Of a stretch of DNA of 64,000 bases, positions 12,126-24,995 are shown piece after piece. Made by a program: the position numbers and the translations under genes. The notes beneath the pieces were generated by a model. That model made no database searches. It had not been told where the DNA came from and saw nothing but the letters and a program-made list of their open reading frames with translations. The stretch spans positions 6,386,001 through 6,450,000 of the forward strand of contig CM060731.1 of NCBI GenBank assembly GCA_030704615.1, read 5' to 3'. The stretch's first letter is position 1; each line of letters begins with the position of its first letter. The DNA comes from Takakia lepidozioides. Lineage: Eukaryota; Plantae; Bryophyta.

Positions 12126-15100
12126 TGGTTTACGAGTGAGTGGTCGCATTGTAAGTTGCCTCTTGATTTTGTGAGGCACCTCCCCTCGCTCTTTTATTTC
12201 ATTGAAAGACCGTTTCTGTTTCTGCTGGTATTGACATTCTTCAAGTGGATTTGTTCTTACTGTAGGATGCCAAGTACTGTAGGAGGGACGTCTACACCAC
12301 AGTTCATGGGCAGGAGGAACGTGCATTTTTTTGCCAGGGGGGATTTCATGCCTAGTCTAGAAAGGGACTACATCCTTCCTACTTATGTTGCCCGGCTTGC
12401 TTCGGTGTCCATTAGGAGGTGTTCCGAACCTAGTCGTGTACAGCAGATTTTAGACGAGGCAAGCCTCAAGAAAATGAAGATGAGGAGGAGGCAGCAGCTA
12501 TTAGAGTCCGTCAGGCTCGTAGATTTGTCTTGGATTCAGCTGAGGAAAGTGGGGGAGAAGATGCAGAAGATTCCCAGGAGGTGAGGTGGACAGTCCTCCA
12601 AGAGGACGGGATTTTTGAGAGGCATAGTGAAACTGATGCATCACAGAGCTTGGAGGATGAGGGGGATGAGGGGGATGAGGAAGAAGGTGGGGCAAGTTCC
12701 TCGAAGGGTGTAGGAGAGTAGTGCCCATTCCGGCTATGACAGTTAGAACACACTTGTATAGACGTGGCTTGCCACAAAATTTGCAATAAAATGTTGCATT
12801 TCAAGTCCACTGGTGCCACATTCCAACTTCACATGACCCTATTTTCGTGCCTCCTAACCCTATTTCCGTGGACAAACAATGGTCTGCTCATGTTTTTTTT
12901 TTTTTTCCGCTCATGCTCATGCCGCTCATGAAATAGCAGCCCCCCCGCCATGTATGCTTTGTCCTTGATAAATTAAGAGAAAAATGACTATATGCCAAGT
13001 TGGAGAAATATCTTTTCCATCAATCTGAGGTCGAATTTCTGGGCTACATTATTTCCGACACAGGCGTCTTTATGGATCAGAAGAAAATACAAACCATCAT
13101 CGAGTGGATTAAACCAACTTCGGTCCGAGATGTACAATGGTTTCTAGGCTTTGCAAATTTCTATAGAATCTTCATCAATGACTACTCCAAAATTGCTACA
13201 CCATTGACACGACTCACATGGAAGGACAAATTTGTATGGGACGAGAATGCTGACCAGACATTTAAAAGGCTGAAGCAGATATTTACAACGGCTCCCATAC
13301 TGGTACATGTAGATCCATCTAAACCATTCTTCTTAGAAGCAGATGCATCGGACTTTGCACTTGGCGCGGTACTCTCTCAATACGGTACAGATGGCCGACT
13401 CCACCCTGTTGGTTTTCGTTCTCGCAAATTTTTCGCTACGGAGATCAATTATGAAATCCATGACAAAGAATTTCTAGCGATTATCGATGCTTTTGAGGAG
13501 TGGTGACATCTATTGGAGGGAGCTAAACATCAGGTCACTGTCTATACCGATCACAAAAGTCTCGAATATTTTTATGAGTGCTCATGTTTTGAATCGACGT
13601 CAAGCGAGATGGAGTATGTCACTAGCAAGGTTTGATTTTGTTATTACCTACCGTCCCAGACATCTTCAAGGAAAACCAGATGCTCTCTCTCGACGATCGT
13701 ATGTTGCGCCAAAAGAAGGGGATGCAGCTTTTGACCAACAAAAATCCATCATCCTGAAACCAGCAAATTTCCAATTGAATATGCTATCCATGTCCACCTA
13801 TGACGATGCAGAGATCATAAAGGAGATTCAGGAAGCACTGAGGAGCGACCATTTTGCTACGACACTACGAAGTCAACTAAATTAACCTCGAACCAACCCA
13901 CATGTTACAAACGACTTCGAATTCAAAGATGACTTACTTTACTTCAAGGGACTTCTCTATGTACCTCCAGGACCTACATGACTTCAAATTCTTCAAACAT
14001 GTCATGATCTTCTGGCTGAAGGACATTTCGGCTTCAACAAAACATTGGAGTTGATATCCAGGGACTATTGGTGGCTGCAGATGTGGAAATTCGTAAAAGA
14101 ATTTATAAAATCTTGCGACACGTGTGCTAGAACGAAGGGACCACGACATCGACCTTACGGCCTTCTTCAACCATTACCCATTCCCAAGGGTCCATGGTCG
14201 TCCGTGTCTATGGATTTTATTACGGACCTTCCAATTTCCAAGACCACCGATTCAATCCTTGTTATTGTAGATCGTTTTACGAAGATGACACATTTCATTC
14301 CATGTAAAAAGACGGTTACCGGCGAGGAAACTGTAAGACTCATCCTCAATAATATCTACCGTATGCATGGACTCCCGAAGGACATCTTATCTGATCGATG
14401 ACCACAGTTCATATCAAATTTCTGGAGGGGATTATTTCACATATTGGATACTAAGATCAACCTCTCTACAGCTAATCATCCACAGACTGATGGTCAAACC
14501 GAACGTGTAAACCAAATTTTGGAGCAGTATCGATAAATTATCACCAAGATAATTGGACGGACCTTCTGTCATTGGCTGAGTTTGCCTACAACAACACTAT
14601 ACATTCTTCGACTAAGCAAACTCCATTTTTCTCCAATTATGGTCATCATCCTCGAGCAAACCTTTTCCATTTGAAAACTGTTGGAAGCCCTGCTGTAGAA
14701 AACCTTGCTACTCATCTTTCTACGATTCACAAGGATCTTACATCACACCTCACAGAAGCTCAAAAACAATACAAAGACTATGCAGATCAACGTCGCCAAC
14801 TCCAACCCCAGTTCAAGGTCGGAGATCGTGTGTGGCTTCTTAACGGGACATATAAACCTCGCGACCATCAAAGAAGTTGGATTATCAACGCCTGGAACCA
14901 TTCAAAATTATTCGACAAATAAATCCGGTCAGTTTTCGGCTTGAACTCCCACGAAGTATGCGCATCCATCCAGTCTTTCATGTTTCACTATTGGAGTTGT
15001 ATCATCCATCGAATCTTCCAGGGAGAGTTTCTGTACCACCTCCACCAATCGAAGTCAATCAGGAAATTGAGTATGAAGTCGACGAAGTCCTAGACTCTCG

Positions 15101-15253
15101 CATCAAGTATAAACGTCTTGAGTATTTCGTACATTGGAAAGGCTACGACATCAGCGAACAAACGTGGGAACCTTCATCCAACCTCGTCAATGCCTCTGAC
15201 AAAGTCCAAGAGTTTCATCAACGATATCCAGCTAAGCCCCGAGCTACACGTCA

Positions 15254-15796
15254 ATGAGACGTCACAACGATGATGTCAGCCAAGCTAGCTTCAAGGAGAA
15301 GACTCCACATTCAATGTACCTGATACACGCTAAGGAGGGAGGAGCACTACACATCAGTATATATAGCTACACTTCCAGCACTCTTGCATCTTGTATTGGT
15401 AGCATGGAGTCACAAGAACCAGATACATTGGAGTTGTCGCTTACCCAACTACCAGATCAGCCGTTCCGACTCTCATGACCTTCAACATCACGCCGACGCT
15501 CTCGAGACGATTGGCCACCAATGCGACGCATACTGCCTTGTCTGGACCCCGTACGACGGCAAGTGAAGCCTACTCAAAGTCTGATAATTTTGTTGGAGGT
15601 TAAGGCTTTGGACCCAGAGGGCAACGAAATCATATTTGAAGGCAGCTTCGAAAATCAGAATGCTCAAATTACTGCGTGGTCCCAAGCTCGACACTATCGA
15701 TGGTTACAGGGACCTATAAATCATTTGAGTCAAGAACGAAGGGCCGAATACTTGGCAAGTACCATTCGTCGGATTTTGGATTTTCTCCAACTCTAA
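15254..15796 (+). pseudogene. Unknown ~180-codon ORF between chromodomain and PPT (one internal TGA)
   Basis: ORFs 15254-15478 and 15521-15796 share a frame and are separated by one TGA. The start overlaps the pol stop (ATGA). Confidence 0.45.
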
Positions 15797-15851
15797 GCAA
15801 GTCCAAGATTTTACCGCTCCTCGAGGAACTCGGCGCTAGAGGAGGGGGTGA

Positions 15852-16458
15852 TGTCACGGACATAGCCCAGATGAACTTACCAGGAGTAAATACCAGAAGT
15901 TACCAAGTTATCATGTAACCGGAAATTACCATGATTTACCATGATCTACCATGATTTACCATTACTTATCAAGTTACCGGGAGTTTACCAAATTACCAAG
16001 AATAACTTGGGAAACTACTCAAGAAGCTTCATTTGGAGGAAACTTCTCCATCAAGATACTTCCTTTGTTTAAGGAAACTTCCCCATCAAGAAACCTTTGT
16101 TTAATCTTGGAAACTTCTTCAGCAAGAAACCTCCATAAGGGAAGCTTCTTGGGGAAGCTTCTTAGTAGCCAGTATATATAGGAGGCGAGATTGAACACTC
16201 TTCAGTCTCGCCAACACAAGTTCAAGCTACTCTTGTTCCAAGTCCAGTTTCCAGTATCTGGTATTCCAGTCCAGTTTCCAGCATTCCAGTATCCGAGTCG
16301 AGTTCCAGTATTTTGTACTCTTGTCCATTGTTATAAAGATCATCTTGATTCATGTTCACCTACCATGCATTCAGCCACGCCGACCTTGACTTCTTGTCTA
16401 GTCTTGTACCTCTAGTCTGATCTCTTGTTTGTGTTCTGTCATATTCTCGTCCTTGACA
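15852..16458 (+). repeat. 3' LTR of chromovirus
   Basis: TGTCACGG...CCTTGACA termini, PPT immediately upstream, TATA-like tatatata at ~16173; homologous to 33500-33680. Confidence 0.88.
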
Positions 16459-17030
16459 TGGGGTAGCCTCATTGAGAAAGAGGTGTTGCCTCATTGTCTC
16501 TTGGAAAGATGTAGGTTCTGATTTGAGCAGGAAGGGTCTGAATTTATTCCATGCTGCCCAGATTGAAACCCAAAAGGGGTGAACCAATGGATTTGTGCCT
16601 AAACCCTTGAGTTATCCATCTCATAGAGGGACTCCATTGGGTGTGACTTAGTGGGGAGCTGAGTGAGATAGCCTGCCCTACCAGTAACTTCCACCAGCCA
16701 CCCTCCGGCCCAAGGAACCTTGGTAACCATTTTCCCAAGAGTGCCTGGATTTGAGTTGCTGGATCAAGCACTCCCAAACCTCATTTTTTCTTAGGAAGAC
16801 AGATTTGTTTCGAGGAGACATGGTCTCTTGTTCTGGGTGATCGATTGGGCACCCCAAATGAAATTTCGGATGCATCTCTTAACCTCCTTCAGAAATTCAG
16901 GGTCAAGCTTCCTACGAAATACCAGATCCCTGGCTAGAGGATCTGATTCGCAATGAGAGCCCTCCCTGTAATGGTTAGAAAATAGGAGCCCCAGTAAGCC
17001 AATTGTCTTTTACCTCTATGACAATCTCTT
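16459..17030 (-). mobile_element. LINE (L1/Tx1-like) ORF2 fragment downstream of the RT domain
   Basis: GRALIANQIL..IWYF, GVLDPATQIQALLGKWLPRF and SPFWVSIWAAW resemble the post-RT region of plant L1 ORF2. Confidence 0.75.
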
Positions 17031-17040
17031 CACCCTTGTC

Positions 17041-17700
17041 ATGGATCACCAACCATTGAAGTGGTTGATGGAGTCAGACAAGCCTACAGGAAAGCTTGCA
17101 CGGTGGGCACTTATGCTTCAAGCTTGAGTATGACTTTCAAGTGGTGCATCGAGCCGGTATAGTCAACCGGGATGTGGATGGATTGAGTCGTAATCCATGC
17201 ACAAGTGAGCTTGATGATACAGGAGCTCGTTGGCATGGTGAGACGGACGAGGAGATGGTGCCAGAATGGCAAGCATCTGCATTTTTGTGTATTCTAGGAA
17301 TGTGAGCTCAAGCTGGTCCATCCAATGTGATTAGTCATGGAGATAGTGTGCATGACAATCTAGAGATCAGTGATGAGTTTGGTGGTGCTAAGGATGTGCG
17401 TGAAGACGCAACAGTGTTGGCCTACCTTCGTACCGGAGAGACAGCAGCCAGTGTCACTGCTAAGGAGAGAGATCGGATCCTACAACGAGCCAAGAGGTTC
17501 AAGTGGGAGGGGACTCACCTACTTCGAGTATGGGAGGATGGACGAGTGAGGATTGTGCCTCATCCAACCCAACGAGTGCGGTTGGTGCGCCATGCCCATG
17601 AGGAGTTGGGGCACTTCGGGGTGAGACGCATTCGTAGTTTGCTGCAAGGGCAGTATTGGTGGCGGGGCATGCACATGGATATGCAACAGTTAGTGGCGGG
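17041..17700 (+). pseudogene. Gypsy RNase H end plus integrase zinc-finger fragment
   Basis: DHQPLKWLM..GKLARWAL..EYDFQVVHRAG..DGLSR; AHEELGHFGV..YWWRGM. Confidence 0.88.
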
Positions 17701-18110
17701 TGAATGTAGGGTTGACTGGACTAGAATGGACGTTACCAGCACAGTTTTAGATGACTGCAATTGATGGTGTCATCAATTGAAATTGAATTAACTCATTAAA
17801 ACCAGCAAATATATATGTCATTGGATTCCCAGCTTCAAACACAATTTTAAGTAAATCTGTACTAAAGTTTGGTCCAGAAATAAGGAGAAATATCTGAATA
17901 TGTATTTTTAAATCATTTAAATGAATTTAAATGGATCATTTTAAATATAAACATAAAGATATAAATAATTATTTGTCTATTAATATATAATATGAGCAAT
18001 AAAGAAACATTATGTATAAACTTCAGGAGAAAAAGCAATTTTTATTTGGCTCATAAAGCAAGTTCTACTGTTCACTCGACGTTTAGTAAGAGTTGAATGA
18101 GATACCAACA

Positions 18111-18325
18111 GTCAGTAGCTCAGTTGGTGAAGTGCATTGAGTGCCACCAACATGATGATGGGGTCAAATCTTGCTACTGACGAGTGTGGTATGTTCCTGG
18201 GTGGTGTCCCATTCCAACGCCACATGGCGGGGTTACTGTGAAAGAGGTTATACTATTAAGAGAGCCTGATTTGTGAGCTGTCGCTCCCAGGTGTTTCTAT
18301 TACATTAAAAAATAAATTAAAAAAA
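18111..18325 (+). mobile_element. tRNA-derived SINE
   Basis: A box TAGCTCAGTTGG, degenerate B box GGTCAAATC, complementary ends gtcagtag/ctactgac (18111-18181), ~120-bp body and A-rich tail. No clear TSD. Confidence 0.6.
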
Positions 18326-21300
18326 CGGATGTCGGGTGATAACTCGTCTCATGATCCGCGGCCTGATGGATGATTGGAGCACTAATTATATTCGTAACCG
18401 CGACTGAGATTACGAAGGCCGTTACTATGTAACGTACAAAACAAATCAATCAAATATGTAAGCAAAACATGGCACAATGACACAATACCATGAAATGAAA
18501 TGAAAGACAATGGGGAGACATTGATGATAAACAACCAGGTTTTATTTCAGAACCATGTCAATTTGAGTAAGTCTCGCCCCATGCGGCATGGACCAATACA
18601 AGTAATGTAAACCATGTCAATAAGAGTATCAACTTCTAGAATGAGGGCTGAACTCCGTTAGCACAAGAAGATGTCGGCCGACGTACTTATGATGAGAATA
18701 TATTGAGGAAAGTCATTTCCCAAAATCACGATATTTTGACAAGGTTGAAGGGACCATTTTCAAATCTGTATTCTTCCGCTGTTTCGAAGGTTGATGGAAG
18801 AAGTACATGAAATGCTGTCTCGAGAATCGTTGATATGGTGATGACCTCACAAAAAATATCCTCCAATATTACGCCAACCAACAATGTCTTGTGCGACTGA
18901 AGTTCAGCTGTACTTCTCGAAGAATTGGTGGTCTTGCAGACTTTCAGTAAATCGCGAAGATGATGAATTACTCATATGCTCTTCAAAACATAATGTCCAA
19001 GTAACTGACCCTGGAGTAAGATGCTGAAAGTATCCAATTGGGAAGTAAGTATGTTGCTCGTATGCTTCTGGAGAGTGGCTCGGTGACGAGTACGTTGATG
19101 GAGAGAGTGACGTTTTCTGCAAAATCTTCAAGGAAATAGTGTCGAGTGACCAGTCGAGGTTCAACTGTGATGGACTGTGGTACTTCTGACGATTTACTGT
19201 AAAGCACTCGTAAACTCATCACCAACTAAATTGTCAAGTTATTTTACCACTAGTGTGAAGTTAGCTAGGAAATAGCTAGCTTTTATATATTGACATTTGG
19301 GATTGACCCAAGTCTCAATCCAGGGGCCAATACATGTTTGGGCACCTGACGTTGTTATCTTCACGGCAGATCGCGGTGGGCTCATCTTTCTCGAGTTGAG
19401 CCTCACCGCGTCTAACTATGGCGCCGTAGTGTGGATTCCCCATGGTGTGGGGTACACTTGGCTCGACTTAATATATGAGTGATGTTTTCATGTGCAGGTA
19501 TGTGAGTTTGAGAGAGCTTGTGTGCTCGTATTATTCCTTTCCTTATCACTCGAGAAAGATCAGCTTGAGTATGTGAGTGTCAGGTTTGAGTTAGTTGTAG
19601 CACTTGTGCTTTCAGATCATGAGAAGCGGTTCAGCCTAGAGTGCAAAGGCAAACAGGTTGCAGTTTGCAATGGATAGAGAGGCGGTCAGTGTTGCATAGC
19701 TCAACGCTATGGCAACCAAGTTTGGGCTTATAGTGTGAAGCGGAGGAGATGTTGGCCATGAGTGGGCGAACTGGTGGTCGTCTTCTTCAGCTGCAGGCCA
19801 AGTTAAGGAGCTGCAGGAATGTGGGCTGCGCATGGGAAGCTAGCATGTTGCAGGTTGGAGATGATACGATCAGCTCTAGGTATTTCTGCTATCGGGTAGA
19901 TGAGGAGCAGCCAAATGGTGGAGCTGCAAGGGGATGCGTCGCAGCCCGTTGGGAGCCTCAGCACCAAGCTCATGAAGAGTTATGAGTGAAGAGAGGGGGC
20001 TGGTCCCTCTTGTGTGCAAATCAGTGCATTTGTGAAGCATGTGCTGAGTTGGAGTTTTAATCTTAAACACAGCAGTGTAAGGGCTCTTGGAGTGGCAAGA
20101 GCGGGGCTAGAAGGGCAGCAACGAGGCGCCCTAGAGCCAGGGGATATGCATGAGAAGTGCAGGTGCACCAAGTTTGTAAAGGTGTGTATTTTCAGATTCG
20201 TTTTTGTGAGCTTCATAAAGAAATGGAGCTTGTTGGGCAGCATATAGCTTGCTTGTTGAGTTGGGGGCACTTCTAGTGGGCCGTGAGAGCTCAGGAGTGC
20301 AGGGCAACGGGGCTGATGGCTCCGCAGAACCCATAGCTCGTCGGCAGCAGGTGCAGGAGCAAACCCCAGCTCGGGAAGAGCTCGGGAACGCCTGCGAACG
20401 CATGGGAATTCGTTGGGAGTTTCAGGGAACGCAAAGAATAGTGGTCATGATGGGCCGTTGGGGCGGTATCACGAGATACCACGAGCCCAGGTCGTGATGG
20501 TTGACCGTGACCGTTGGAAGTCGCGGTGCGGACACAACGGGTGGGCACGATGACCAGATCGTGGGGATGGCGGGCTGTGAAGGCTCGTGGGAGTGGGTAC
20601 CACGGGGTATCACTGGGCAGCCCGTGGCCAACAAGCGCCTAGGGCGGGCCGTGAGGAGTCGTGGCGGTTGGAGCCACGGAAGGCCGCGAACAAGCAGAGT
20701 GAAATATATATATATATAATATATATATATATATCTCTTTTTTCACTCGTTTCGTGGGACCTTGATGGGGAGGTTGGGCTCTGAAGAACAACGGTTTTGA
20801 GCTAGTTGATCCGGCAGAAAAGTCAAAATTGCCTCCCTGTTGCATTTTAACAAAGGGGATTACTCCCCTGCAGGTAATCTTTTCTGGTTTTCAGCCCAGT
20901 TCTTAACTATGGGGGAGACCAGCCTGCAGGTAATTCCTTTGGACAGAATGTTGTTGGGGCCTATATGTACCTCTATTTGCTCCATTTTTGAACCTTCAGC
21001 GAATGGTGTGGTTTCCTGAGGTGGTTCCATTCGGAAGAATGGCTGGTGGACGTAAGGAGGCACTAGCGGACCCTGTGGAGGCTTGCATGGGGCCTTGGAG
21101 GCCAAGTTTCATGAGCTCATGAAGGGCGGTTTGAGGAGTGTCTACAGGATGCTCTCAAGGTCATGCAAGTGAGAGAAGAGAGGAAAAAAAAAAAAAAAGG
21201 TGTTGGGATGAGAGTGTGCTGGGGATAGGCATTGCTTTAGCTTCCCTTCCTCGTAGCTTTCCACCTTCTCTGTAGGCCGAGACCTTTCCGTAGGTGGAGG

Positions 21301-21749
21301 CAAGAGTCGGTCCGGGTTTGGGCTGGGTTGCAGGAGCGACACTGTGGAGAGATTTTGGGTGTGGGGGAGCTGTTGTTTTCATTCTTATGTTTGGATCCCC
21401 TCCACACCTGCATGTTTGATTGTGCGCCATGCTAGTTTTGTGTGGGTGTTTGATTTTATAGGTGGTGGACTCGGGCTTGATTGCCGATCCCACCCTAGAG
21501 CATGCTGTCGATGGTGAGGCTGGGTTGATGACCAGTCATACCATCTTTGTTTCTCATGTGGTGAGGTTGGAGGTGATGACCAGCCAACCATAGGAGTGCC
21601 TGCGGTGGATGCAGGTGCAGGTGCAAGCTATGTTACGAACCTAGTATTCCAAACCATAAGCCGCATCAGGTTCTCTACCCGGATACCTTGTGGAGAGGGG
21701 GTTAGAGACAAGTTCATGACCGGTTGAGTGCCAGTTTGTCAACACGAAG

Positions 21750-22910
21750 GTGCCACTAGTTGCTGGGGAAAGTGCCGGTACGAGCACTAGCAATACTAGC
21801 GGGTATACGAGACGGGGTGTGCGGTTTAGGCCACCTTCACCTCCTGTGTCTTCTACGGAAGGTTCTGATTCGGATTGTGAATCAGGAGGACTCACACCGG
21901 CGGTGCAAGTTGTTTCCTTGCCATTGTTGTGGGACACAATGGAGGAAATGTATGGAGCCACCAAGGGGCCACGTAGGTACTCTAGGACGGTGGGTACCAT
22001 TGAGTTGGATGATTTTATCCAAGAATTTGATAGTTAGTGTGACTTGCAGCAAATGCGCAATCCACAACTATTTACGCCTTTCATGGCATGGAAGGGGTTG
22101 TTTCAGCACCTTGAGGGGCCGCCCATAGATGATTACCATGAGTTTAGGCGGGGGCACGATGTTGAGATCAAGGAGTGGAGGATCAACGTGCTCAAGGCAA
22201 CAAGGGGGCTCAGGTGAGGCCCAGGGAAGGGCAGAGAGGACCTCAGATGCAGGGGTCTCTCCCTTCATTTGCTGGCCAACAATGGGCGGATGTGGTGTGC
22301 TGGACATGTGGAGGACCCCATGTCAAGAAGGATTGCCCAGAGGGAGGCAATGGTTTGGCACCGGCACAGCTTGCACAGTTGCAGTGTGGGCATTGTGGCA
22401 AGCACGGGCATGGAGAAGCCAAGTGCTATGGTTTGCATCCTGAGTTGCGCCCGCCAGTTCCAAGGGAACAATGGTGGCCGGGGGCGAGGTGGAGCAACCC
22501 AGAGAGGACGAGGTGGCCAGGCACAAGGTGCAGGCCAAGGGCAAGCTCAACATGGCCAAGGATACGGAGGTCAGGGTGGTGACCAAGGCATGGCCAACCG
22601 GCTTCAGCACCTAGAGCAGAGGCTCGCTGCCATGGCCACAGCTCAGGTGGTACCGGCTCCAAGGCCGGATGGTCCACCTCCTGCTCCTGAGGGAGGAGAC
22701 ATGGGAGGCATGGGATTCATGTGCGGGGTAGCACTACCACTAATGAGGGGTGCCACTACCACTACCACTGTGGGTGGGGCACCACTACCACTAGTGCCAA
22801 GCAGCACTACCACTACCACTATGTGCGGGGCAGGACTACCACTAGTGCAAGTGGAGTCAGCTGCGGCAGTGACTCGAGGAGCAACACGAGTTCCTGAGCC
22901 ACTGAACTGA
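21750..22910 (+). pseudogene. Retrotransposon gag remnant with internal deletion
   Basis: TIELDDFIQEFDS..; two zinc knuckles CWTCGGPHVKKDC and CGHCGKHGHGEAKC; paralog of 28020-29937. Confidence 0.8.
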
Positions 22911-24349
22911 AGATTTTATTCTTAGCTAATGGTTTCATGTAGGTGGTGCCCGATTCCGATTTCGGAATATGGCAATCTCAGTGGACCTGATGTTGTTGGA
23001 ATGGGAATAGCAAAAAGACTCTTATAGAAATCAGCTACATGAACATACGCAGTATCAAGCACCTTGAAGTACATATGATTGTCGAGATTGTTTGCACAGA
23101 TTGTTAGCGACGGTGTTCCTCCTTTGGCATCCAGTCCACATGAAAACGACGAGAATGTCGTTGGAGATTGACGTTCAATTGCTGACATTCTGCCTCCTCG
23201 TAACACCATTTTGGTGTGCAATGATGGACATCAGAATAGGTCAGCTCTTAGAAAAGCACGCGTGATCGCGCGATGTTAATTGTTGGTGTTCCTCAAAAGA
23301 ATAATGGATCTCCAAACGAAGGATATAGGAACCAAATAAAACACCACGAGGATGCTGTCAATTGTTGGAGATCGGATTATGCAAGCAGGGAGAATGACTT
23401 CAAACAACTTAAAGAATAGGATTATAAGATACTTGAACACGCTAGGGAACAAGTGACACCATCAGCCTTGATGATTTGAGTGCGTGTTCTAAAACAAATC
23501 AATGAATCATCCAGGATGATGGTGTGAAATAGAGCGTAGCTACGGCGTGAGCCCAAGAGCTCGGCTCACGCTTTGCCCTCTAAGTGTGAGCCCAGGGTTT
23601 AGAGGAGGGAGAAGCAAGTCCTATAACCGAGGACAGGGTTTAGAAGGGGTCCTATTACCGTGGAAGCGTATATTTTGGAAGAAGAGGTGAACACGACAAA
23701 ACTTCCAAACACGGCAAACACGGCAATATTGAGTCCCCTTTAGAAGCACGACGATCGACCCAATTCCCCCAGCCCTACTTCGTCAACCCCAAGCACTCCC
23801 ACCCCCAAGCACTTCACGCAGCTGGTCCCACCCTCCACCAGCCCCAAGCGCTCCACCTTGAAGACGAGCCCCAAGCCGTGATCCTACCTGGCCCCACTCT
23901 CACCAAGCCCCAACCTTCTCTGGTCACTGTTCTTATAAGTATACTCCTGCAGTAGCCACACCCACTAAAAGAGTTGTTTTTCAACCCACCGACAATAGTA
24001 GAACTATCTAGAAAGTAAAACTCTCTAGAAAGTCAACTAGTGAACTAGGGAAGATGGCTATACCAACTCTGGCCCTGCGAGTAGCGGGTTTAACGGGTTC
24101 TGGACCTAGCTGGCGCGTCCGGGTCCGGTTATGGGTTCATTTTTAAAATGAACCCGGGTCAGGGTCCAAGTTTTTGGTGATGGCACAGGTCCGGATCCGG
24201 GAGCAGCACAAATGTAGCCATAGCAGGTCCTGTTTGAGACCCCTAGTTTTTGGCGAAAACTGCCTTATTTGGACCTTTTTTTCCCTTTGTTTGATTCGCT
24301 GACGGGGTTTCCAGGCGGCCAAATGGCCAATAAAAAAAATGCTAACCCT

Positions 24350-24995
24350 AACCCGCCGGGTACCCAGGGTGAAAATCCGGACCCGCACAACACTGTCGTC
24401 GATGATCATCTTGAAATCATTATCATGAAGAAATTGAGTGGCTCAATTCTCCACGGGGTATGAACAAAAAACAAAACAAGATTTTTTTTTTTTTTTTATA
24501 AAATTTTTCGCCTTCCCCCCCCCCCCCCCCTTTCCCCAACACGCCGGGTACCGGGGTGAAAATCCGGACCCGCACAACACTGTCGTCGATGTCGTTGATG
24601 AGCATCATGAAATCATGATCATGAGGAAATTGAGTGCGTTGACGCACTCAGTTCTCCACCGGGGGGGACGAAAAAAAAACAATATATATTTTTTTTATTT
24701 TTTTTTATTTTTCTTTTGCCCCCCCCCTTCCCCAACCCGCCGGGTACCCAAGGTAAAAATCCGGACCCGCACAGCACCGTCGTCGATGTTGTCGATGATC
24801 ATGAAGAAATTAAGTGCGTTGACGCACTCAGTTCTCCGCGGGGGGGGGGGAAACCGAAAAAAAAAACAATTATTATTATTATTTATTTTATTATTATTAT
24901 TTTTTCTCTCCTCCCTCTCCCCCCGCGGAGAACTGAGTGTGTCAACGTACTCAATTTCTTCATGATCTTGATTTCACAATGATCATCGACGACAT
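24350..24995. repeat. ~200-bp tandem repeat (3 copies plus an inverted partial copy)
   Basis: gccgggtacc..aaatccggacccgcac..gtcgtcgatg recurs at ~24355, 24543 and 24739; inverted copy at ~24920-24992. Confidence 0.85.

Larger units (their letters stand above)
6920..12944. mobile_element. DNA transposon (MULE- or hAT-like) inserted in chromovirus RT; left end now inverted
   Basis: Related termini ctcatgccgctcatgcctgaaatgctacctc (7036-7066) and ctcatgccgctcatgaaatagcagccccc (12916-12944). Each abuts the 8-mer CCGCCATG at the RT breakpoint. Confidence 0.65.
12945..16458 (+). mobile_element. Chromovirus (Tcn1-like Ty3/gypsy), 3' half: RT end, RNase H, integrase, chromodomain, PPT, 3' LTR
   Basis: EADASDFALGAVL..NYEIHDKE; WSSVSMDFITDLP; chromodomain [23 protein letters not shown]; PPT aggagggggtga before TGTCA. 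Confidence 0.95.

Noticed and set aside
18520-19230. Coding-like minus-strand stretch
   Set aside because: Stops in all frames and no recognisable motif.
19270-21640. Many short ORFs and possible LTR/CACTA-like ends
   Set aside because: No paired termini, TSD or protein motif could be supported; probably decayed repeats.
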